Below the pieces are notes generated by a model, which worked only from the letters and a program-made list of their open reading frames with translations, was not told the origin of the DNA and ran no database searches. This document shows, in pieces, positions 22,370 to 35,399 of a stretch of 64,000 bases of DNA. How positions within the stretch are numbered: the stretch's first letter is position 1; each line of letters opens with the position of its first letter. The stretch is from Macrostomum lignano (lineage: Eukaryota): assembly GCA_002269645.1 (NCBI GenBank), contig NIVC01002900.1:1-64000 (forward strand). The letters are read 5' to 3'. The translations under genes were made by a program, and so were the position numbers.

Positions 22370-25300
22370 CCCCCCATCCCCCACTCTGCACAGAAAGCGA
22401 AACGCAGTCACCACATACAGCATGCACCCAATAACGTATATGAATTTAAAGCGATTCATTGCACTAAGAACAAGAAACAGTCCAAATTTACACTTTTCAA
22501 AGACAAGAGAGTATCAAGAGAAAATTTCACGGTCAATGTGATCAAATCGAAAAGTACACACCGTCTGCAGCCCGATTGCCAGCTCGCTCTTTTCCCAACG
22601 TCCCATTGCCACCCGCCTAAGGATGTTGTCCAAAGAGCTCGCAGCCGCCTGAACGAAATTCAGAGTGACTCGTCACTTTTCGTCAAGTGGTGCAAGATGA
22701 AGGACCCAACCCACTGTTCCGAGATCCTTGTGCCGATCTTCGTGTCAGACGACCACGAAATCCACGAGGTGAAAGTTAAAGACCACCTGAATTTGCAGCA
22801 TGTTGCTGGCCCACTTCACGGAGAGGTTTCAAATATCGACAACCTGAGTGACGAATCGCTGCTGCTAACGATGCGCATTCAAACTAGCAGGATGCGATCC
22901 GTTCCATTGGTTCGAATCGAAGAGAAGGAGCTTCTCGCCCCCGTTCCGGTAGTAGCGTCAGTTCCCCAGTGCGTGGACGAGGAGGAACTTCTCGCCAGGG
23001 TTGAAATCCTGGACAGACTTGTGTTCAGCAAAGACATCTCTACCCTGGCATTCTGCCGACTGCTTACTAATCCGAATCTTCGTGATAGCGCATGGGGTGA
23101 GCAGGTGGCGATGCTCCCAGACACCGAAGCTAAAGTAAGTCCTCTCTGCAAAAGCACGAGTCCAGAAAGTTTAAAAATCGGCAGCATCATTTCAATCGAT
23201 GGAGCATACACAGTGGTCATCGCAGTTCGCTGTGGTGCTGATAGAGTCCATGTAAAGATGGTGCAGTATGGAGCTCAGTCATTGGATGAAGACGAAACAG
23301 AGTGCCAGATCAAGTACATAATCAAGAAAAGAGAGACGGACACACAGCTCAGCGTACACAATGAGATTAAAAAGGATTGCCCTCTGTACCACCCTGTTCT
23401 TGGGCCACAAGGTTTATATGCAGAAGAAGCATTGACGCCTATTTTACTTCAAATCCTGAAGAAGGGTGATGTGATTCGAATAAGCTCGCGCTGGATCATT
23501 GTTGAAGATTCGGAATTCGCAAATGGCTCGTGCACTGTGGTCGCTATTTTCTACGACAAAATAAAGCTTCTCGAGACAAACAGGGTAATTAGACATACTC
23601 TTAACTTTAGGGTTATAAACCCTAGTAAGCAAGTTGAACCAGAGGGCTGGCTTTGTCGCTATGCTGAGGCCTGGTGCTTCGACCCAGACATTGTGATCAA
23701 AAGAGCTCATAGTCGACTTAACGAGAGTCAGTACTCACTGATCTCTAATAACGGAGAGCATTTTGTGAAATGGTGCAAGACAAAGTCTTCCAGTCACAGG
23801 CCAGAGTGCCTTGTCCCAATTTACTTGCCCAATGAGCACACTCACTCGGTGAAAGTTGGAGATCATCTGAACTTCACATGTGATAGTGGTACAAAGCTCC
23901 ATGGAGAAGTGACTGAGGTGACAGAGTTGAAGTCGAAGCAGAATATTCTACTCTGCATGAACGCGATAAAGCCGAAGTCAATTTGCTGTGTGCAAAAAAG
24001 TGAGCTCACTCTTGTCGGCCCTGTGAGCGTCGTTGTAACGGCCCCATTGTCCGTCAGTGAAGCAGAGCTGACGCAGCGAGTTCTGTTTATCGATAATTTG
24101 GCTTTCAAAGGAACAGAAAGCTCAATGAATATCTGCCGTTTTCTAACTAAATCAAAACTTGAGCTTGAAGACTGGAAGGACGTAATCTGCCGCAGTCAGC
24201 CCTTCAAAGATGCAGCAACTGAGCAGATTATTCTCTGCCGCCAAAGATGTCCAGATCAGTTGAAAGTTGGCGATATAATATTTCTGGATGGTGTGTACCG
24301 AGTTGTTGCCGAAATCCACCTTTGTGATGCTGAAGCAGCTGGACGATTCAAGATCGTGACTGTTCAATATGACTTGAGTCTGACAGAGAGTGGTGTGTCA
24401 AAGCTGAAGTACGCGATTCGAGCAGAGGAGACGGAAGCCGTGCTGTGCGTTCACAACAATCCAAGTTTGGACTGCCTCTTACACGGTGCTGGAAGAGATA
24501 TGCCAATGTATACATCTAATAAAGTTTACGATGTACGAACCATTTCACAGGGCTGTGTCATTTCGATGAGAAGAAGGTTTCTGCAGTATCAGCATTCCGT
24601 GGTTGTCAGTGATCCTACACTGGAAGGAGATAGCGGATCAGCTCAGTCCTGTGCTTCATTGGAGGTTATTGAATACGCGATGAAGCTTACTAGCAGAAAT
24701 GAAGTTGTGAAAGATAAAATTCGAGTCGATGTTTCAAAGCAGGAAGTCTACCTCGTCGTGTATGATAAAACCGGTGAAGAAAAGAAATGCAGTCCAAACA
24801 AAGTGATTGAGAGAGCCCACTCAAGGCTGGGGGAAAAGCAGCACAACACACAATGGAACAACAGTCGGGATTTCGCTCGCTGGTGCAGCCTTCAGCACCC
24901 AAGCAACAGGGAGCAGTGCAGGATTCCAGTTACATCGGCTCAGCAGCTGGTCGATTTCAAAAGAGGTCCCGTTAAGTTTCGTAAGTCGCCAGAAATTTAT
25001 ACCCACGACGCTGTAATGAGAGACTGCACAGCAGTTGAAGGTTGCAGCGACATCGTCAGGGTTACTCTGTATGAAAATAACCATGAGCAGCGTAGAGTGA
25101 GGCTCGAGGACTTAACCATCGATAAAGGTGAGAGCTTGATTCGTCGGGTGAATTACGAAGGCAATAAGGAATTCGCCACCGATGAGTTCAGCATCTTGAA
25201 GGACCTGATTGATTGCACTTTTCTGAATGCCGATGATGACGTTAAAGGATGGACGGGGAAAGAGAAAAAGTGTGGCAGTCGAGTCACCAGCCGAGACTTC

Positions 25301-26149
25301 TGTTATTGGCTCAAAACTACGAAAAAAGAACTCTGCAGCATTAAATACTTGTTTGAAAAAAACCTTGAAACCATGCAGAAAAAAATGGCGAAACTGTGCT
25401 GCGAAGGCGTCCTATATGACAATACGGATGAGCAAAGACGTCTGAGAATCGAAATCGAGCATGGAGTAGACAGGCGCGACTTAAGACTTCATGACCACAT
25501 CATTCTGAACCGTACGGTAGATGAAAAAGTAAAAGAAGTTCATTTTATCCTAGTTGAGTGGAACGAGGAGACACACACTGGTGTCGGTGTGACGTACGAG
25601 TTTCCACCAGAACCTACTGGAATTGGATTTATGAAGTTCAATGGATTTCTTCGAGTGAGCGGCCCTAATCAGATGGATAAGGTCGTTCACAACTCGGAGC
25701 CTGACTGGAATGAGATTGATGACAGGTTCAACACCCTAAGGGGCATCAAGGAATACCACCTCTTGCGCAACAATTGCGAGCACTTTGTAAATTTTTTGAT
25801 TTATGGCCGCGGTAGCTGCCTTCAGCTGAGCAAGCGGGTCTGGCAGATCGCCCACACGTTACCGAGCGCTATTCAAAACCTAGCTTCCTCCGTGACTCGA
25901 GTACTGCGAATGGCCGTCGCTGTAGTGCTGAGAGCGAATCCAACCATGGGAGAAGCATTTTCGTTTATTCCAGACATCCTCGCAGCCGAAGGTGGAAGCA
26001 TCGCTTTGATCGGCATTGTGAATTTTGTTGCCTGGCTACTGCTTCGACATCGCCGCGCAAACAGTGGGATGTCCCTTCAGGAGTACCAGGAGAGAAGGCT
26101 GGGCATCCTGTGCCGCGCACTTATTCCCATCGCGGGAGCATCGCAGTAG
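21917..26149 (+). CDS. Multi-LRAT/NC (permuted NlpC/P60) domain protein, ~1,329 aa; exons 21917-22150 and 22394-26149
   Basis: GT-AG intron 22151-22393 joins both exons in phase 0. Repeated V(V/I)xRAxSRL motifs; NCEHF at 25772-25786; hydrophobic C-terminus; acceptor ttttag directly before the ATG. Confidence 0.8.
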
Positions 26150-27884
26150 CACTCATCACATTCTTCAACCCTTTCTCGGCAGGCCTGACTGGCGCAGGTG
26201 TCGGTGTTGGTGTCACGACCTTCGGAATTGCCTGTGCCATACCGAAGCTGCTGGTTATTATCAAGGCCTGGAGGCATCCGTAGGCTCGCTAACCCCATGC
26301 TTCCAAAGTAGTGACAAGTCGACTCAAGCTGAAACATCAAAAGCTGAAGACTAAAACAGTGCTGCCATTTGCCACTCATCTGCGAGATCAGTTTAACATT
26401 TTAAAACCGCAGCACGTTGTGATAAATAATCAGAGTCGATCAAAATAAGAACTATTTCTTATACAATAGCGAATCGTCCGGGCCTGACAGGCGTAGCTAC
26501 TTAAACATACGCTACTAATAGTAGCGCACTCTAGTCTCCTTCGCTAAGTACATTGATTTATTTGTTTAATCCTAAATAATATCAAAATCACCATATTACT
26601 ATTAGTACTAAATTAATCATAAGTATACTAGATTAGCATATTTTTGAAAATGTACCCTGTCAGTTTGACAGACTTCCCGCCTCTTGCTTGTTCTGTGTAC
26701 GACTTACCAGCCTGGATTGTAGGTGATTTTTTGTTTCGTTATCATTCACTAATTTTGAATTCTATATCTTTTATCCAAAATTATTTTAATAATTAGTAGA
26801 CTATAAATTTTAGTAATCACTAACTTACAATGTGACAGCAATTGACTGAAATTTCAATGAAATAAATTGTATAATCCGCTAATTTTACCTGATAAATGAG
26901 GATTTGTAATCAGCTGATTTGTGCTAGCCGTCTTAGGAACTCAAGAACCCTGCCTTGCTGTGGACATCACCCCAGCAAGGCAAACTATTTGCACATTCAG
27001 CACAATTAGTTTTGGTCATTGTTCCACAACATATAGTTATTACCCCATGTAGAAATGTCATAACGTGACTGCTTTTTATAATTATTATTTATTCTCGCCT
27101 CCCTGTCTTTGCATTTAGAACGAAAAATGGTGAAATAATGACGTCTGTGCTGGGCAAAGTACACACAGTACTCGTATTTTTTCTGCCATTATTCAAACTC
27201 TGCTACCATGCTAAACAATCTGCCATTGCAAAGTACTCAGCGTAATTACCAATCAGGAGCGGCTCCTTGCTTTTGTCCTTGAACTCCAGAATCAGCGGCA
27301 GCGTCCTGTCTGCGTGACTCAGGCGTCTGGTATAGTTGGTCATCCGCATGGCGTCCTCCAGTGGCTGTTTCTGCATTGGAAAGAGTGGCTGTTGTATTCT
27401 GGAAGTCCACAAGTACAGCAAGTTGTCTCTGGCGGAGTGGCCCATGCTTCAATCTTATTACGCAAACGAATAAACTTCAAAAGTAGGCGACATTTGGTAC
27501 CTGAAGTCGCTTCATACCGGCCAAAAGTTCACAACGTCAGAATGAGCAAAATGTCGGCCCCTTGATTACTCAAAATGCCGACGCTTCGCATTGTCAAAAT
27601 TTTGCATCTTCAAAGTTCCACAAAATCGAAACTTCGAAAGTCGTGCCCTTTTTGAACTATCGACGCTTATGAAGGGGCCGACATGCTCGCTTTTTCGACG
27701 ATGCGAAAGAAAGTATCATTCGACGTTATAGAATTTGGGGGTTATGATCAGGCGAGGCCCGGTACATCACTAGCCTACATAAGCCTTGTCAGATAACTTC
27801 ACAGGCATTTAAAAAATTATGAAACTACAAAAAACTATCAGTTTTACAAAGCTTAAAATTCTGAATCGTTGAATCTAGAAAGCG

Positions 27885-28185
27885 ATAATACACCTGCTCC
27901 GATTGGGCCAGATGTGCAACTGACAGTTCAGCCGCAGCTATTGCGTGGCGCATCTGACGGCTGCATACGGCTATTCAGTCCACGGACTGGAGGTCGCCAC
28001 ACACACTCTCTCAATTACCCCAGCTAATGCTGGCACCCATTTTACAGCAGGGTGAACTGAACTTCTGAGGCAATGCAAAGTTAAATGTCTTGCTTAAAGA
28101 CACAAATTGTTCCAGTGAGATCGAGAATCGAACCGACGACCTACGAGTCGTGAGTCCGACGCTCTGACCACCAAGCTACAACCCC
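27885..28185 (-). mobile_element. tRNA-derived SINE with CORE/MIR-like central domain
   Basis: A box TAGCTTGGTGG and B box GGTTCGATTC, then gcaagacatttaac...ctgtaaaatggg; homologous to the copy at 63.4 kb. Confidence 0.75.
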
Positions 28186-29594
28186 CTAAGGCATAGAATT
28201 TGGAGGTTTTGAGGCGACACCCGGTACTTCACTGGCCTGAACAAGCCTCAAACGAGTTCACACAGTCACAGGTATTGAAGATTTATGAAACTGCAGAAAA
28301 ATATCATTCAAACAAAGCTTAAAACCTCTGAATCTTTGAATCTAGGAATAAAGCATATTCCACAAACCAAATATAATACTGGCTCGACCCGAGGATCCCA
28401 AGCTGACCGTATTTGCGTCCCGAAGCTGAATCTCCCGACGAGGAATGCGAAGCCTCTCAGCAATCTTCAGCTTCAGATTGCCAACGTAGAACCAATTGCA
28501 CAACTCGGAAATGCGAAAGTCGCTTGTTGGTGCAGCCATGGTCAATTTTAAATTGAATTGCAAAGCAGAACTAATTTATTGAAGCTGACTATTGGAATGA
28601 ATTATATGCTCGTATGTTGAGATGTGTCGATTTGTAAGAAAAACGTATTTGGAGCGTTTTAGAAATATATCGCTACGCATCGATCTTAATAGACGAGCTA
28701 TATCTGATACAAGTATGTGGATTTTGTCAATATCTTCGACATGTATGCATAACTTCTAATTTAAAGGGCAAGTAAATTTTAAACCGACTATGAAAGATGG
28801 TGCCGGGTGGGGGCATAGACATGAAATGCAACTTTCTGAATGAAAATCACTTGAGGGAACATCCGGACCTTATTGTTCCTCTTTCTTTCTAAAAATTCTG
28901 AATCTATTAACAGTCCCGATTTTTTACGAATAACGATTGCCAATTTGTTATACCAAATCTTAGAGCTGTACTCGTACAGTAGAAAATATTGCTATAAAAG
29001 ACCGCAAGGACACGTACCGATTCAATGAAATTTTTGAAGGGTTTCGAAACATTATTCATGGAACTGAAAAAAGGATTGTGATGTACGCAATGCTTACATG
29101 TGTAGTAACGTTAGATTTAATGCCAATTTTCCAATTTTTATTGTTTGTTTTTTTATCGAAAAGCCTGACCAAAACTTTTTTGTTGCCCTTTGTTGCTATA
29201 CATGCTACCATGTGACTCTGTCATAGCAGTTTACCTTGGTGTATCCCCCCCGTAGAAAATTCACCTTGGACGTGTATCCCCCCCCCCCCCGTAGAAAATT
29301 CCTGGCGACGCCCCTGTTGCTGTCATGCTATATGTCCACTTTGTAATTTGAATAATTGGTGCATGTGAAATAATAACATTGCAGATGCACTGTTAAGAAC
29401 GTATAATAGCATATTGTGGTGGCCCTGCTGGTCTGCGATTCGTGCAGTACAGATGCACCAGAAACAATCCCAACCCAACTATAAAGCTTGAAGGGGGGTG
29501 CACGCAGCCCAATGACTGATCACGCCATCAATTACTAGCTGCAGACAGCACCTCCCCCGGCCACACTGTCTGGCTACAGAATAGATAGAATCTG

Positions 29595-29850
29595 CGTTCG
29601 GCGTACGCTGCGGCCTGGGCACGGAGTCCAACGTCGCGCTCTTCGCGCTAGGGTGGCCACGTCATCCTGACGTGGAGAGTCGGAGAGTCGGAGAATCGCT
29701 GCGCCGCGAGAGCCGTTACACGACCTGCTGTTGTGGACGGCGCAGGATCCGCGGAGACGAGACCATAGGGCGAACGATGCGCTACACCGAGCTTCTTATG
29801 AGGGATGCGAGAGCCCGCCGCTCTGATTGCAGGGCTCGGTGGAAAAGCAA
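29595..29850 (+). mobile_element. RTE-like LINE 3' fragment
   Basis: AFGVRCG...ESNVAL and EPLHDLLLWT...MRY match the C-terminus of the 38-40 kb element. Confidence 0.6.
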
Positions 29851-30444
29851 TAGTGGGCCCAGGGCGGGCCGCTAGCGATTGCTGCTAGACAAGCGACTTT
29901 TCATTTTTTTGGTTATAACCTTTTTTACAACAAAAGAATCAACTCATTGACGTGGTTCTGCATACATGTAGTTCTTCTCAAACCTTTTAGTGGGCTCAGT
30001 AAAATGGTTTTCGAAAGAATAAATCAAGTAGCAAATGAGTGGCATGCCGCCCCTTTAGTTATATTTGGGTGGCATTACCGGCTACCACTGGCGGGCCACA
30101 ATGGCGGGCCGCTAGCATTTCGTGGCGCAACCCGCCAGTGGTCCACCCATGATGCCGACAGCGACAACGCTTGTGGGCCGCCAACTTTTTTCCCACCGGG
30201 GGGAGCTGAATTTTGAGATGTGCGGCCCACAGGCGTGTTCTGACACCTCTCCCTCTGTGGGTGCGAGGTGTATTTTGTTGTTGTTACGAATACGTGTAAT
30301 ATTGCAAATAATCACACCACTTCTAACAATTCAACTTTGGCCTCGCCCCATTCCATGTGCGAGTCGCTAAAATATAAAAAATCTTTTTTTAACACGTAAA
30401 ATGTCAAAACATTTCAGAAGTTTTTAATTTCTAACTTAGAACAC

Positions 30445-31405
30445 AACAACAAACTACAGCAACCCTGGGCAAGCCAAATTGGGTTGCTGTCAAATGGCGC
30501 GCGCAAGCGCAGATTTGCGCAGAATAGCGAGTCCGCGGGGGTCGGAGATTTGATCGTCTCTTAAAATCAGGTCGACGAAACGCAGACTACTCGCCTGACC
30601 AAGCCGCCGCGGCACGTCTTGCAGCAGCAGCAGCACGTCTTGAAGCGGCTCAGGGCAGTACTGCTCTGCCCGGATGACGTGGCCGGCCAGCTGTAGGCGC
30701 CGGATGCGCAGCAACTGGCTGGGTCGGGAGAGCTTAGCCCGTCGGTATAACTCGTCATTACTGGTGTTGGTGGTGGCGGTCGGCGAGTATTGGACACCGA
30801 AGGCGGCTTTCAGGAGTCCAGCGTGAACGGCGTCGAGTTGCCGCTCCTGCGGGCCGGTCAGTGTCCATATTTCAGCGTTGTAAAGGAGGACGGTTTCAAT
30901 GACGGCCTGGAACAGCCGCCCTCTCAGCCGATCCGGCAGCGCGGGGCTCTGCAGGACAGTCCGCACGGTGCGGAATGCGCCCCAGGCAAGCGCCCTGCGC
31001 CGTGCCATGTCCTCCGTGATGCTTGGCACCAGACCACCGAGGTAGACGAACTCTTTGCAGCGGGGCAGCAACGCCACCTGCCCGTTCGTGCAGCGGCAGT
31101 AGATCTCAGCTGGGAGGTCCGTCGGCACGGTCAGCACCATTGTCTTTTTGGTATTCACGGACAGTCCGATCGCAGCGGCCGCCGCCGTCAGCTGGTCTAG
31201 CAGGCGTTGAGCTCCTTCAGCTGTTGCTAGACAGCAGCGCTAGATCGTCCGCGTACGCTACGACGGAGAGTCGCTTCTCGGGGTGCCGCCTGCTTGTTCT
31301 GCGGCAGAGCAAGAATCCTTTGGAGTCTTCAGGGAAGCCAGTGCGCAGTACCCAATCCAGGACCAGGACTAATAGAAAAGGAGTTAGGGTGTCCCCTTGG
31401 AGAAC
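30445..31405 (-). mobile_element. RTE-like LINE 3' fragment (RT with YADD)
   Basis: GVLQGDTL, YADDL, FVYLGG, VLLYNAE, LAGHVIR; (TTG)n-like tail. Confidence 0.85.
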
Positions 31406-32029
31406 GCCGGAGAACGAAGAAGAAGAAGAAGAAAAGGATAATACACTAGTGTGCTTGTGGTGGATTTACTGTTGCGGTGTTCTTTTAATTCAATTGTTTT
31501 AAGTTCTTCTAAATCGTTGTCTTATTTCACAATAATTTAATCCTGGACATGGTTGTTGGTTGTACATTTGTTGGATCAGAGAACTGAGTCTGGTGGATGT
31601 GTATCTCATTCCGAGGGGAAATCAAGTAAACTAGATATACTAGAGGCTCACCATAACTACATGTAGGCTCATATACATTACCACTGCAATGCACTAACAT
31701 GCTAGGAATGACATGGGATCTTTAACTCGATGGTTTCAATTCGTGTCATGTCGTTTTCCCATTCACCTTTTCTTTTTCCTGTAATACCGAATTGTACATG
31801 TACAGTACAAGTCTATAGAAAGTAAAAGTGGGACCTACATGTAGTCAATCTGTAATAAGCAATATAAGCTTTAATAATAAGCTAAATAGAAAGTATAGTG
31901 CAAAGCTACTCGGCATTACCGCGGTCAGCCGACCTCGGCCCGAGGTGGTCGGCCCGAGCTAGAACCGCCGTCAACCCGCCGAGCTCTGCCCGATCTCGGC
32001 GGACCGAGCTCGGGCCGAGCTCGGCTTTG

Positions 32030-32790
32030 CCACTCGCGAGTACCAGTACAGTGTCGCGTTGAGCGGTCTTCTCCAGCTGCGCTGACAGGAACTCCAAAAA
32101 CTGTCGGTGCTCCTCAGGGCGCGCAGCCGTGGGCGCATAGGCACAGAAGAGCCGCATGTTACGCTTGCGGAGTCGGATGTCGACGCGCAGAAGCCGCGGC
32201 GAGAGGCTTCTCAAAGCGTGTACTTTGCTGAAGCCTCGGCCCGGTTAGAACGCCAATTCCTCCCAGACCTTTCGAGTCTGCTGATGTGTAATGCAGCAGC
32301 CAGCCACCGCCTACTAGGTGCTCCTTGTGAAGCCCAGGTTCGGCCGTGATGGAGAGCTCCTGCAGCATAATTATATCAAGTTGTAGGTCACCTGCAAGCT
32401 GGGCCAAAAGATGTTGTCTCCACTTTGCTCGCAAAGTTCGGCAGTTCCAGGTAGCAATTCTGAGCTGTTGCTGTGCGCATTTTGGTTCGGCTGGGGTCCG
32501 GTGATTTTGAACCTCACGGTCCCTGGCGCCACCCAAGCGGATCTGCACCACCAGTTGGCAGGGGCCGGCTGCCTGTGGCTCGTCGCTCGCGTCCCCGAAG
32601 TCGGCCACGGCGATTTCGCTCACGGCGGCGCCGTTCTTTGCGTCGACGCTCACTTCAGCAGCCCCGCCGAGTGGATGGTGTACCGCTCTTGGCAGCCGCA
32701 GCAGAAGCGCGCGGCTCTCCGTTGAGGCCTTGGAACGCACCGCTAGCATGCTTGACGGCGGCACCAGGAGGCGGTGGCACTATTTAAAGG
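32030..32790 (-). mobile_element. RTE-like LINE 5' fragment (APE endonuclease N-terminus)
   Basis: LRIATWNCRTL, MLQEL, GGIGVL, LFCAYAPT. Confidence 0.8.
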
Positions 32791-35399
32791 CTCAGCGTTT
32801 AAATATTTATACTATATTTATAATTCTAACTTAGTATTGACAAGAAGTTAAAGAACTAGCAAGTATAAAACACAGGGATATACGTGCTATAAAGTTGTAA
32901 TTATTGAATTGGAACAGCCAAGAAAAAAGTGAAAAATCGTGCAAAGTGAGGCTGTTAAGGCAGTCAAAATTCAACAAAGTTAAATAGTTATAAATTACTG
33001 CTTTTTGTCTGGGAAGATCGGAAGTGATTCTGGTTCTGGAATCGCGCGGTAATATGAAAGGCTAGTTGAAAAACGGCATGCGTGAACCATGTAATTTACG
33101 AGCGTACTTGTAATTCCAAGAAACAAGTTCCCACTACGGTTCACTAATTATCTTACTAGCTAGAGGCCAGAGGCTAGGTCTAGGATAGGTTTAATTCTAC
33201 TTTTTTTGCTCTGTTACTCCAATAGGATGATGCCTATATAGTCTATATGTGGTGTAGATTTACTAGTCAAGTTATCTATTATAGAGATAGGCCTAGGCTA
33301 ATATAAAGCAATTTTGTGCTCATGTACTACAGAACATAATAAGCTATTATAAGCAATAAGCATTAAACTGCATATGGTGGCTGTGGGTAGAAAATGCATC
33401 TATTCTACAATTTCAAGGTTGTAAATTGTTTGACTTGCTCTGCATCGCCTATAACTATAGGCCTAATGACTTATGACATCATAAAAAAATTGAATCATTT
33501 GCAATTAAGATTTATAAACTTTAATCATTATTACTTTATAGTTTATACTTACTTAGCCATTCATTGTCATGAAATTCATTGTCAAAGATCTTATTATGGG
33601 CATTGAAACTCTGGGTCTAGATTAAAATGGCCAAAGCAAAATGCTACTAGGATAATTGCTAATAGGATTAGGACAGGAATCTTAAGTTTAACATGTCATT
33701 TAACTTATTATCCATCAAAATATCAAAGTTATTTTTATAACGTTTGCCTTTCCTTTAGCTTTATTAATATAAACCAACAAAGAAAATATATTTGCCTAGC
33801 TACTATTGTGATTTAGAATTTGATTTTATTTTAGCTATTAAAAGGAAATACTTTATTATGCAAAATGAATAGGCCTATTTAATTCATTAGCATTAAGGGC
33901 TATCCTATAGTTTCGCACATTAAATTATTTTAAGGAATTATTTCGCCCTCTATTCAAGGGTGGTAGGGGGTGGGGGTTATAATTAAACGTGCGAAACTAC
34001 AGGATAGCCGCATTAAGCTAGGCCATATAAATTTGGTCTTTTACATATGGAACTATAGTAATATACTATAGATTGGCCTATAGGCCTAGATATCTTGAGG
34101 TATTTAATTTAGCTTAGGCTAAAAGATTAGATTTAGTTTAAATCAAGTCAAGCATTGCTTTCCTATTAGAAAAAAGTTGTTAAATGGTAGATTTCTGTCC
34201 AGTGCATTTTCAAAAGGACTTTATAGTGTGGTGCATTTTCTGTAAGTTACTACTTGGAATGTATATCAAAACAACCATATATAAAATGCCCTAAGTGTCA
34301 AAAGTTGCCATGCTTTGTGTGGTCTTCTATTGTCATAATTACAAGAAGGTAGTGATGGATCGAAATTCGATATTCGATTTCGATATTCCAAATTTCAAAA
34401 CTAATTTTGCATCGAAATAATTTCAATTTCGATTTTGAATTTCAACACCATTCATCAAAAATCATTTCGAAATTTTGGTTATATTTTAACAATTTAGACA
34501 TTGATGATCATGCTACACAAGTAAGAAAATCTATAGGAAGTGAAAGGAAGTGCGGTTCAAAGACTCAGTGGGGAGGTGAGAATCGCCTTTTCTACAAGAA
34601 AGATTGTGCGGGGCACACACTGTTCCAGGCCTTGTGCTGCACCCACCTCAACCTCCACAAGCCCACTGGCTGAACTCATCGACCTGGATTTTAATTGGCT
34701 AAAGACTTAAAGCCTTAATGAAATGGACTACTCGTATCTAGATCTTCAGCTTAAACAGCAGTGAAGAATAATACAACTTCTACTATATTTCTATGTACGA
34801 GTGTATAATACATAATACATCAGCATTTTCTATTTTGTATTTTTAAAGTAAGTTAGTGGAACGGCCGGAGGGAGAGAGCAAAGGCAAGATTGGAGAGCAC
34901 AAGCAAAACATCCTACCACCGACCCTGTATGGGCAACTTACAAGACACGAGTATATTTGGAAAGCATTCGAAAAACTATTTGGAAGATTAAAAGGTAAAC
35001 AAAGCAAAAGGAAAAAAAGAAGTTGCAGGAATTGCGAGAAAGAGGGCCAAAAGCAGAAAAAAATGCATGCAAGCTGGTGAGGAGAGATAGGCTGAGGCGG
35101 GCACAACACACAGGCTAAAAAGGCCCCACAGACACCCACCCCCCCCCCCAGGGGCGGCATACCCACCCCCGGACCAAGCACCCCCAAACACGGGCGACAA
35201 CAAGCCCCCCCCCCCGGCCCCACTAACAGCGATTGGCCAGCCAATCTACACTTAGCGGAACGGCCAGAGGGAGAGAGCAAAGGCAAGATTGGAGAGCATG
35301 AGCAAAACATCCCAAAAACCTGAACAAAGGGATTTAAAAGTAGGGTACACGGCGACGGGGCGAGTCAGGCGAGCGCTAGGAGGTGCCAACAGCACACGG

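Noticed and set aside
18100-26149. Functional link between the Polinton PLA2 and the neighbouring LRAT/PLAAT-like gene
   Set aside because: The PLA2 lies within a TSD-bounded insertion inside a LINE; the folds are unrelated and the adjacency is best explained by chance.
26503-26537. Helitron 3' end (cgctact-aat-agtagcg hairpin then ctag)
   Set aside because: The hairpin-CTAG spacing is short, and no 5' TC end or Rep/Hel sequence is identifiable.
27203-27530. Short Cys/His-containing minus-strand frames
   Set aside because: Fragmentary with stops; cannot be assigned without a search.
28120-28185. tRNA gene (also 63423-63490)
   Set aside because: The acceptor stem is poor and the sequence continues into a shared SINE body; it is a SINE head.
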